Source: Ottowia sp.
GTDB taxonomy: Bacteria > Pseudomonadota > Gammaproteobacteria > Burkholderiales > Burkholderiaceae_C
DNA length: 64,000 bases
NCBI RefSeq assembly: GCF_046348305.1
Contig: NZ_JAXMEM010000012.1
Coordinates: 35,618 to 99,617, forward strand
Reading direction: 5' to 3'
Positions 20,683 to 28,513 of the stretch are shown here, piece after piece. The notes below the pieces were generated by a model that saw only the letters and a program-made list of their open reading frames with translations, was not told the origin of the DNA and did no database searches. Numbering within the stretch: the first letter of the stretch is position 1; every line of letters starts with the position of its first letter. The translations under genes and the position numbers were made by a program.

Positions 20683-21915
20683 ATGAACCCTTCCATGTTT
20701 CCGCGCGCCGCGCTGCTGGCCTTGTGCGCCGCCTGGGCGCTGCCCGGCGCGGCGCAGGACGCGCCCGCGCCCAGCCTCGACCCCGCCGAATTCAAGACCT
20801 GCCTGAGCCAGCTGCAGGGTACGCCGGCGTTTCGCGCCATCACGGCGCAGACCTTTGCCGAGCAGACCCGCACGCTCGCACCCGACCCCTCGGTGCTGGT
20901 GCTGCTCAATCGCCAGCCCGAGTTCACCATGCCGGTGTGGGACTACATGGCCGTGCTGGACGACGCCGAGCGCGTGCAGGACGGGCGGGCGGCCTTTGCC
21001 AAGTGGCAGGATGTGCTGCAAAAGATCGAGGCGCAGACGGGCGTGCCCGCCGCCATCATCACCGGCGTATGGGGCGTGGAGAGCAATTTCGGCCAGAACC
21101 TGGGCGGGCGCCCGCTGGTGCAGTCGCTGGCCACGCTGTCGTGCTTCGGGCGCCGGCAGGCCTACTTTCGCGGCGAGTTCGCGGCGGCGCTGCGCATCAT
21201 CCAGGAGGGCCACATCGCGCCCGACAAGCTGACCGGCTCCTGGGCCGGCGCGTTCGGGCAGACGCAGTTCATGCCCAGCACCTTTTTTGCCAACGCGGTG
21301 GACTTCGACGGTGACGGGCGGCGCGACATCGTGGACAGCGTGCCCGACGCGCTGGCCTCGACCGCCAAATTCCTGCAAAACGCCGGCTGGCGGCGCGGCG
21401 AGCCCTGGGGCTTTGAAGTGCGCCTGCCCAAGGGCTTCGACAGCTCGGGCGCAAGCCGCAAGGCCAAGCAGCCCATCGCCACCTGGCAGCGCGCCGGCCT
21501 GACGCTGGCGGATGGCCAGCCCCTGCCGGGCGATCTGCCCAGCGCCGGCCTGATGATTCCGGCCGCCGGCGGCCCGGCCTTTCTGGTAGGGCGCAACTTC
21601 GACGCGCTGTACCGCTACAACGCCAGCGAGAACTACGCCCTGGCCATCGCCCACCTGGCCGACCTGATCGCCGACCCGCAGGCGCCCCTGGCCTTTGCCA
21701 CGCCCTGGCCCACGGACGATCCGGGCCTGTCGCGCGCCGAGAACCGCGAGCTGCAAACCCTGCTGCTGGCGCGTGGCCACGACATCGGCACGGCCGACGG
21801 CATGATCGGCGCCAAGACGCGCGAGGCCATCAAGGCCGAGCAGCAAAGGCTGGGCGTCAAGGCCGACGGGCGCGCCGGCCAGAAGCTGCTGGCCGCGCTC
21901 AGAAAAGCGGATTGA
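20683..21915 (+). CDS. Lytic murein transglycosylase (MltB/SltB-like) with C-terminal PG-binding domain
   Basis: Signal peptide; WGVESNFG, GSWAGAFGQTQFMPS, YNASENYA, DGMIGAKTR. Confidence 0.92.
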   Translation: MNPSMFPRAALLALCAAWALPGAAQDAPAPSLDPAEFKTCLSQLQGTPAFRAITAQTFAEQTRTLAPDPSVLVLLNRQPEFTMPVWDYMAVLDDAERVQDGRAAFAKWQDVLQKIEAQTGVPAAIITGVWGVESNFGQNLGGRPLVQSLATLSCFGRRQAYFRGEFAAALRIIQEGHIAPDKLTGSWAGAFGQTQFMPSTFFANAVDFDGDGRRDIVDSVPDALASTAKFLQNAGWRRGEPWGFEVRLPKGFDSSGASRKAKQPIATWQRAGLTLADGQPLPGDLPSAGLMIPAAGGPAFLVGRNFDALYRYNASENYALAIAHLADLIADPQAPLAFATPWPTDDPGLSRAENRELQTLLLARGHDIGTADGMIGAKTREAIKAEQQRLGVKADGRAGQKLLAALRKAD

Positions 21916-23829
21916 TCACGAAGTCGATTCGGCGGCCGCCGCACGCGGCGCATTGAGCACGAAGGCATCGGAGAAACACGCGCCCTCTTCCAGCCCGTGC
22001 GACAAAAAGGCGGGCACCGCCGTCTGCACCATCATGGTGGAGCCGCAGGCGTACAGCTCCTGCCCGCGCATGTCGGGAAAGTCCTCCAGCACCGCCTGGT
22101 GCACCAGGCCGCGGCGGCCCTCCCAGCCGTCGCCCGGCGCGCCATCGGACAGCACCGGGATGAAGCGGAAGTTGGCGTGCTCGCACTGCCAGGTTTCGGC
22201 CAGATCGCGCATGTACAGGTCGGACACCTGGCGCACGCCCCAGTACAGGCGCATGGGCCGCGTGATGCCGCGCGCAAAGGCGTCCTCGATGATGCTCTTG
22301 ACGGGCGCAAAGCCCGTGGCCCCCGCCAGAAAGACGATGGGGCGCTCGCCTTCGCGCAGCGTGAAGCGCCCCAGCGGCCCCTCCAGGCGCAGCGTGTCGC
22401 CCACCTGCATGCCGTCGAACACATGGCCGGTGAAGCGCCCGCCCGGGATGCGCCGCACGTGCAGGTCGATCAGCGGGCGCTGCATCGGCGGGTTGGCAAA
22501 CGAGAAGGCGCGGCGCTCGCCGTCCTCCAGGATCACGTTCAGGTACTGGCCGGCGATGAAGTCCAGCTTCAGGTCGGCCGGGGGTTGCAGCAACAGGCGC
22601 ATCACCTCGGGCGCCAGGCGTTCCATGCTGACCACGGTGGCGCTGAACTCTTGCTTGATCAGGGGCTCCAGGGTTTCGACCTCGATCTCCAGGTCCTCCA
22701 GCGGCACGGCACAGCACATCAGCGCCTGGCCGCGCTCGCGCATGGCCTCGGTCAGCGTGGCGGGCTGATACGGGCCGTGGTCGAACTTGCCGTTGAGCAC
22801 CGTGCACACGCACAGCCCGCAGCCGCCGGCGCGGCAGTCGTATTGCAGCGGCAGCTCGGCGCGCAGGCCGGCCTCCAGGATGGTCTCGCCGCGGCGCGCC
22901 GACACGTGGCGCGCATCGGGATGCACGGTCACGTTCAGGGTGCGGGCCGCGCCGCCCGCGCGCCGCCACACCAGCCAGGGTTGCACCAGCAGCAGGCCGG
23001 TCACGCCCAGCACCAGCGCCCAGGTCCAGGCCGGCCCCCAGGCGTGCACCAGCGGGTACAGGCCCAGCAGCAGCCAGTCGAGCTTGAGCTGGCTGGGCAC
23101 CACGGCCATGTGCGCGGGGCCGCCCTGGCTGACGACGGGCAGCACCAGCGCCAGCACCAGCAGCATCACGCCGGCACTGACGGCGATCGGCTTGGGCGGC
23201 TGCATGGCCGCCTTGGGCACGCGCTGCACGTGCACCCACATCAGCAGCAGCGTGAGCAGCGGCACGCCGATGTGGATGAACACCAGCAGCGAAAACAGGC
23301 GATCGCTCACGGTGCTGTCGTAGATGAAGTTGCGGATCAGCGAGCCGCGGAACAGCGGAATCCAGTCCAGCCACTCGAAGCTGGTGGTGGTGACGAACTG
23401 GGCGAGCTGGTCCCAGGGCAGCATGTAGCCGTTGGCGCCGGCGGCATACACCAGCCAGATCAGCGCCACGCCCGTGACCCACGAGAACGCACGGAAGCCG
23501 CGCAGCCGGTCGAACGCGAAGTAGCGCAGCATGTGGATCACCATGGTCACCACCATGGCGTCCGAGGCGTAGCGATGCACGCTGCGCACGATGCCGCCGA
23601 TGAACCACTGCCGGTGCGTGAGCCCCTCCACCGACTGGTAGGCCCCCGTCACGCTGGTGTCGAAGAAGGCAAACAGGTACAGGCCGGTGCCGGCGACGAT
23701 CCAGAACAGGAAGAAGGTCAGCGGACCCAGGTGGTAGTAGGGGTTCAGGCGGTCGCCGAAGGCGCGGTTGAAGACCGCCTCCACCCGCATGAAGCCCCAG
23801 CGCATCAGCGCCTGCAGCCGACCGATCAT
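21916..23829 (-). CDS. Diheme cytochrome b fused to [2Fe-2S] ferredoxin and FAD/NAD(P)-binding reductase
   Basis: HRYASDAMVVTMVIH and HIGVPLLTLLLMWVH His pairs (14 apart), GYMLPWDQ; CRAGGCGLC...C; RRAFSFAN, AGATGFAP, YACG. Confidence 0.85.
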   Translation of the reverse strand: MIGRLQALMRWGFMRVEAVFNRAFGDRLNPYYHLGPLTFFLFWIVAGTGLYLFAFFDTSVTGAYQSVEGLTHRQWFIGGIVRSVHRYASDAMVVTMVIHMLRYFAFDRLRGFRAFSWVTGVALIWLVYAAGANGYMLPWDQLAQFVTTTSFEWLDWIPLFRGSLIRNFIYDSTVSDRLFSLLVFIHIGVPLLTLLLMWVHVQRVPKAAMQPPKPIAVSAGVMLLVLALVLPVVSQGGPAHMAVVPSQLKLDWLLLGLYPLVHAWGPAWTWALVLGVTGLLLVQPWLVWRRAGGAARTLNVTVHPDARHVSARRGETILEAGLRAELPLQYDCRAGGCGLCVCTVLNGKFDHGPYQPATLTEAMRERGQALMCCAVPLEDLEIEVETLEPLIKQEFSATVVSMERLAPEVMRLLLQPPADLKLDFIAGQYLNVILEDGERRAFSFANPPMQRPLIDLHVRRIPGGRFTGHVFDGMQVGDTLRLEGPLGRFTLREGERPIVFLAGATGFAPVKSIIEDAFARGITRPMRLYWGVRQVSDLYMRDLAETWQCEHANFRFIPVLSDGAPGDGWEGRRGLVHQAVLEDFPDMRGQELYACGSTMMVQTAVPAFLSHGLEEGACFSDAFVLNAPRAAAAESTS

Positions 23830-25253
23830 GCCGGCACCTCCATGGACCGGGCCCGCATGGCGCGCAGCACCACGACGACGAACAGCAGGCCGCCGATCAC
23901 GGCCAGCAGCCCGCCCAGGCCCATCAGGCCCATGCCGGCCACCTCGGCCGTGCTGCGCAGCACCTGCTCGCTGCCGGCCACCTTGCGCTGCACGCCATAG
24001 CCGCCCGACCAAACCAGGCCGATGATGTGCATCAGCTGCCCCGCGCCATACAGCCAGGGCTGCCACACCGCCATGCGCCCGCGCGGCGCGCTCCAGCCCA
24101 GCGTGGGCAGCAGGTGATAGACGATGCCCATCAGCGCCAGCGTGACGCCCACGATGCAGCCGTGGTAGTGCGCCGGAATCTTGACGTTGCTGCCGCTGAT
24201 CAGCATGCCGATCACGCCGCCGCAGGCGAACAGCAGCATGGAGCTGACCAGCGCGCCCCACAGCGGCCTTTGCTCATCGCGCAGCCGGCGCAGCGGCGCC
24301 AGTGCCAGCACCACGGCCAGCGCGATGGGAAAGATCGCCAGCCCGCCCCCAACGCGCATGGCCCAGGTGTGCAATTGGCGGTTTTCCACGCTGACGGCGT
24401 CATACGCCACATAGGCGTAGGGCGTGATGAACACGCTGACCAGCGCCAGCATGAGCAGCAGCAAGGCGATGCGCGGGCTCAGCAGCACCCGCCCGCCGCA
24501 GGCATGGGCCAGCCACAGCCACACCACCAGCATCAGCAGCGTCCAGGCAAACTGCAAGGCGTGGCCACCGCCCCAGAAGAGGATCTCGTAATAGGTGCGC
24601 AAATCCATGCGGGTGGGCACCGCGGCAAACGACCAGGCAAAGGCCAGCAGCGCCACGGCCACGCACACCACGCTGGCACTCAACCCGAAGCGCAGCGCGC
24701 GCTCGCCGTCGATCACGCCGCCCAGGCGCGGGGCGGCCAGCAGGCTGCGCAGCACCTGCACGCCCAGGCCCAGGCCAAAGACGACCAGCCCGGCCAGGAA
24801 CAGCGGCCCGTGCAACACCGGGATGTAGTTGGCCATGATGGCCTCGCCCGGGCGGATGAAGGCGCCCAGCGCCATCAGCACCGTGCCGCTGCCGCACAGG
24901 CCCAGGGCGGCCCAACTCCAGCCGAGGCCGCGCTCGGTGGTGTTCAGGCTCCACAACATGCCCGCCATGGCGGCAAACCACACCAACACCGACAAATCCA
25001 CGTGCACCACCAGTGCCACGCGAAAAAAGTCGGCAACCGGAAACCACTGGTTGACGCCCGGCGTGCGCGCCAGCACCAGCAGCACCGAATAGAGGCCCGA
25101 GCCAGCCAGCGCCGCCAGCCCCAGCGCCAACCAGGCCCGCGCCAGCGCGCGCTGGGCGGTGGTGGGCTGCGGCAAGGTGTAGGCGGCAGGCTCTGCCGTG
25201 CGCGGCGCGTACAGCGCGTGGGGATCGAAAATGGCTTGTGCAGGGTGATTCAT
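23826..25253 (-). CDS. Heme-copper oxidase subunit I-like paralog with degenerate binuclear site
   Basis: ~12 TM; LVVHVDL, ILFWGGGHALQF, IPAHYHG; only one His (QLHTW) where the HH pair is expected. Confidence 0.75.
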   Translation of the reverse strand: MNHPAQAIFDPHALYAPRTAEPAAYTLPQPTTAQRALARAWLALGLAALAGSGLYSVLLVLARTPGVNQWFPVADFFRVALVVHVDLSVLVWFAAMAGMLWSLNTTERGLGWSWAALGLCGSGTVLMALGAFIRPGEAIMANYIPVLHGPLFLAGLVVFGLGLGVQVLRSLLAAPRLGGVIDGERALRFGLSASVVCVAVALLAFAWSFAAVPTRMDLRTYYEILFWGGGHALQFAWTLLMLVVWLWLAHACGGRVLLSPRIALLLLMLALVSVFITPYAYVAYDAVSVENRQLHTWAMRVGGGLAIFPIALAVVLALAPLRRLRDEQRPLWGALVSSMLLFACGGVIGMLISGSNVKIPAHYHGCIVGVTLALMGIVYHLLPTLGWSAPRGRMAVWQPWLYGAGQLMHIIGLVWSGGYGVQRKVAGSEQVLRSTAEVAGMGLMGLGGLLAVIGGLLFVVVVLRAMRARSMEVPA

Positions 25254-25336
25254 ATCAATCTTCCAGGGTGCTGCCAAGCGCCGGGGGCGCCGCAAACCCA
25301 AAGCGCCCATTGGCCGCCGAGCGGGCCATGACAGCG

Positions 25337-25406
25337 AACGCCGTGGCCGGACCTGCGCCGGCCACAGGCGTTGCCCCTCCTCCAGGCGCAGCGCCAGAGA
25401 GGAGGG
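25337..25406. repeat. Two GC-rich intergenic hairpins inside the respiratory cluster
   Basis: AACGCCGTGGCCGG/CCGGCCACAGGCGTT (25337-25372); CCCTCCTC/GAGGAGGG (25375-25406). Confidence 0.65.
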
Positions 25407-25436
25407 AAGGCGCGCAGCGACGCAGGGAGGTGTTCA

Positions 25437-25970
25437 TTAGAACGTGATGCCGCCCTTCTCGGCGTTGTAGTCGATCACCAGGACTTGATTGGGTTTGAGC
25501 GTCACCGTGTCCTCGAGCTGCGCCGTGAAACCCGGAGCGCGTGCGTCGTCCTTCATGCGAACGGCAATTTTTTGTTCCCCGGCCGGCACCTGGACCCGCC
25601 GATATACCGCGGAGGCGCCATCGCGCTTCAGGCCACTGGGCTCGGCCGTCTCTTGCAGCACGCGCCGGCCGTTGATGTCCACCTCGATGCTGACGGGCGA
25701 GCGCTCGCGCGGGCAAATCTGCTTGGGACGCATCTGCGGGGGCAGCTTGGCCTTTTCTTCCTCGGTCAGGGGGCGGCAGTCGCCCACCGGCTTGCCGGTG
25801 TGCGTGAAGCTGATCTTGATCAGCGCATCGCCCGGCGGCAGCGGGTGGTAGACGGGCCAGTGCGAGAACACGCCGATGAACACGGCAAACAAGACGTACA
25901 GCAGCGCCTGGCCCAGCCATGCCCCCACGGAAACGCGATGGCGCGAAGGATCGACGGTGGAGGCATTCAT
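25437..25970 (-). CDS. Membrane-anchored hypothetical protein, coupled to the cytochrome b-MvhD gene
   Basis: One N-terminal TM, two Cys (DCRP, QICPRERSP); ATG overlaps upstream stop. Confidence 0.7.
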   Translation of the reverse strand: MNASTVDPSRHRVSVGAWLGQALLYVLFAVFIGVFSHWPVYHPLPPGDALIKISFTHTGKPVGDCRPLTEEEKAKLPPQMRPKQICPRERSPVSIEVDINGRRVLQETAEPSGLKRDGASAVYRRVQVPAGEQKIAVRMKDDARAPGFTAQLEDTVTLKPNQVLVIDYNAEKGGITF

Positions 25971-27562
25971 GTGGACAACTCGAGGGCGGATGGGGTGCGC
26001 TCGCGCGCCGACTGCGGGCCGCGCCAACGATCGAGGATGGGTGCGATGGCATCGGCATCCCGCGCACCGGACCAGACCATGGCCCAGCGTTCGCGCGGCA
26101 CGGTGGGCCGCAGGCGGGGCTCGCGCACGCCGTGCAGGCGCTCGTGCAACAGCGTGGCGCCGTCGCGGAACGCGCAGTGGCCGGGCGCGCACGCCTGCAC
26201 GAGCACGCCGGCGGCGCCGTCGCGCAGCGCGTATTCGACGAAGGCGGGCGGCAACTGGCCGACGCACAGCAATTCGATGGCCACCACGTCGGGCGCCAGC
26301 AGGCAGGCCGGCGGCGGCACGTGGGCGCAGCGAAAGGCCACGATGGATCGGGCCGCGGGCGCAGCCTGCAGCCGCTGGCGCAACTGCTCGCGCAGTGTGT
26401 TGACCGGCAACTGCGGCATGTCGATGCCGCTTTGCAAATCGGCCACGCTGCGAAATGGCGTCGCCGATGGGCAGGCGCCGGCGCAGATGCCGCAGCGCGC
26501 GCAGCGCTCGGCATCGACCACGGCCAGCTCATGACCGGGCTTGCCGCTGGGGTGCGCGACCATGCCGATGGCGGCGTAGGGGCAGTCATCGACGCAGCGC
26601 CGGCAGCCGCTGCAATAGTCGGGATCGACCCGGGCCGCGGGCGCGTCCTCGCGGCGGTGCGGCATGAAGGGCAGCCACAGCAGACCGGCCAGGGCGCCAC
26701 CCAGCACAACCCAGGCGAGCCCGCCCGACAGCGCGTCGGCCATGGGGTGGACAAACAGCAGCAACCAGTCCAGCCGCAGCGCGGCGGGCACCCGGGTCAT
26801 GTCGGCCGCCGGACCGCTGACCACGGGCGTCACGGTGGCCAGCCCCACGAACATGGCCAGCAGACCCAGGGCCAGCGGCTGCGGCGGCACGACGCGCGCG
26901 CGCGGCAGGCGCTGGATGTGAAACCACAGTCCGAACGTCATCAGCAGCGCCACGCCCAGATGCACGAAGACGAACAGCGAGAACAGGCGGTCGCCCACCG
27001 TGTCCAGCGACAGGAAGTTGCGCGCCAGCGGCGTGGTCAGCCCCGGCAGGGCGTCCAGCCATTCGGCGGTGGCCAGGGCCGAGTACTGGCCCAGCTCGTC
27101 CCAATTGAGCCAGAAGCCGCCGATGCCGCAGACAAAGGCAAACACGATGAGCGGCACGCCGGTGAGCCAGCTGAAGCGGTGATGGGCGCGAAAGCGCCCA
27201 TGCAGCCATTCGCGCAACGCGTGCAGGCCCATCAGCAGCACGAAGGCATCGGCCGCGTAGCGATGCACGCTGCGCAGCCAGCCACCGTAGAACCAGGGCC
27301 ACGCGGCCAGGCGCTCGATCGAGGCGTGGGCGCCGGCGGCCGAGGTGTCGATGACGGCGTACAGGTAAATGCCGCTGGCCGCCAGCGTCCAGAAGCACAG
27401 AAAGGCCATGCTGCCCAGGTGATGCAGCGGATTGAGCGCCGGCCACGTCCAGCGGTCGATGCCGCGCTCGAGCGCTTGCCAGGCAGCCAGGGCGCGCCCT
27501 GGCGCTGCCGGAGCCCCGGCGCGGCGCGGCACCGGCGCGGGCAGGACAGCGGCGGCATTCAA
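25967..27562 (-). CDS. Diheme cytochrome b fused to 2x[4Fe-4S] ferredoxin and MvhD/FlpD-like domain
   Basis: TTG start overlapping SCO stop; HRYAADAFVLLMGLH, HLGVALLMTFGLWFH; CSGCRRCVDDCP, CARCGICAGACP; IVAFRC..LLCVGQ..GVLVQACAPGHCAF. Confidence 0.82.
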   Translation of the reverse strand: MNAAAVLPAPVPRRAGAPAAPGRALAAWQALERGIDRWTWPALNPLHHLGSMAFLCFWTLAASGIYLYAVIDTSAAGAHASIERLAAWPWFYGGWLRSVHRYAADAFVLLMGLHALREWLHGRFRAHHRFSWLTGVPLIVFAFVCGIGGFWLNWDELGQYSALATAEWLDALPGLTTPLARNFLSLDTVGDRLFSLFVFVHLGVALLMTFGLWFHIQRLPRARVVPPQPLALGLLAMFVGLATVTPVVSGPAADMTRVPAALRLDWLLLFVHPMADALSGGLAWVVLGGALAGLLWLPFMPHRREDAPAARVDPDYCSGCRRCVDDCPYAAIGMVAHPSGKPGHELAVVDAERCARCGICAGACPSATPFRSVADLQSGIDMPQLPVNTLREQLRQRLQAAPAARSIVAFRCAHVPPPACLLAPDVVAIELLCVGQLPPAFVEYALRDGAAGVLVQACAPGHCAFRDGATLLHERLHGVREPRLRPTVPRERWAMVWSGARDADAIAPILDRWRGPQSARERTPSALELST

Positions 27563-28455
27563 TGCAGGGCCTCCGCAGGCACCGGTGCGCTCCGGCGCAC
27601 TTGCCGGCGGGCGCGCCGATGGCGCCGCCATTCGAGCACGAAGTACCCGATCATCCACACGAAGAACACCATGCCGCCAACGATCTCCATCACCAGCGCG
27701 TACTTGAAGCGGTAGGTGCCGGTCTCCGGGTCGTATACGGTGCACAGGATGCGCACGCGTTCGAGCAGGCCGGCCAGCGTCTCGCGCTGGGTGACGGGCG
27801 CGCGGCCCAGCAGCTGGCGCAGTGGCTCGCCGAGCTGCTGCGCCGTCAGTTGGTCGCCCCAGACCTGGGTGGCGATCTTGCCCTCGGCATCCAGCACGGT
27901 GACGCCCAGGATGTGATCGAAGCCCGCCGGCGTGGCCAGGTAGCTGAAGCCGAAGCTGCGCGTGAGCGGCTCCACGATCTTGGCGTGCGGGCTGAGGAAC
28001 TCCCAGTTGGGGTACTTGATGCCGTACTGCGCGGCAAACGAGCGCAGCGCCACCGGCGAGTCGGCCGGCTGGTTGAAGCCGATGCTGACGACGTTGAACT
28101 GGCCCGGGCTGAGCAGCTGGTCCAGCCCCTTGACGGCTTCGTGCAGGTTGCGCGTGCTGGTGGGACAGATCTCGAAGCAGCCGGTGTAGATGAAGCTCAC
28201 CAGCAACGGCTTGCCCCGGTATTGGGACAGCCGCACCGGCTTGCCCTGGCGGTCGAGCAAGGTGAAGTCGGGCGGCGTCGTGCCGATCACGGCCTGGCCG
28301 GCGGCCAGCGCGGCGGTGGCGTCCAGGCGGGGCACGGTGCTGGCCACGGCGTCGTCCGCCTGCGCCCATCCGGCGGCGCCCAGCAGGGGGAGCACGCCTG
28401 CCAGCGTCCACAGCATGCGTTGCACACGCTGGGCCAGCCCGGTCACCGCTTTCAT
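27559..28455 (-). CDS. SCO-family copper chaperone with C-terminal TM extension
   Basis: YTGCFEICP CxxxC, conserved His in GFDHIL, thioredoxin fold. Confidence 0.88.
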   Translation of the reverse strand: MKAVTGLAQRVQRMLWTLAGVLPLLGAAGWAQADDAVASTVPRLDATAALAAGQAVIGTTPPDFTLLDRQGKPVRLSQYRGKPLLVSFIYTGCFEICPTSTRNLHEAVKGLDQLLSPGQFNVVSIGFNQPADSPVALRSFAAQYGIKYPNWEFLSPHAKIVEPLTRSFGFSYLATPAGFDHILGVTVLDAEGKIATQVWGDQLTAQQLGEPLRQLLGRAPVTQRETLAGLLERVRILCTVYDPETGTYRFKYALVMEIVGGMVFFVWMIGYFVLEWRRHRRARRQVRRSAPVPAEALH

Positions 28456-28513
28456 CCGCACGTTCAAGCTCCGAACCGCCACGGCCAGCGCCGCGGCGAT
28501 CAACGGGCCACGC

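Noticed and set aside
21916-27562. Calling the cytochrome b genes a bc1 (petABC) operon
   Set aside because: No Rieske CxHxGC...CPCH protein or cytochrome c1; PEWY is replaced by LDWL and both carry unrelated C-terminal fusions.
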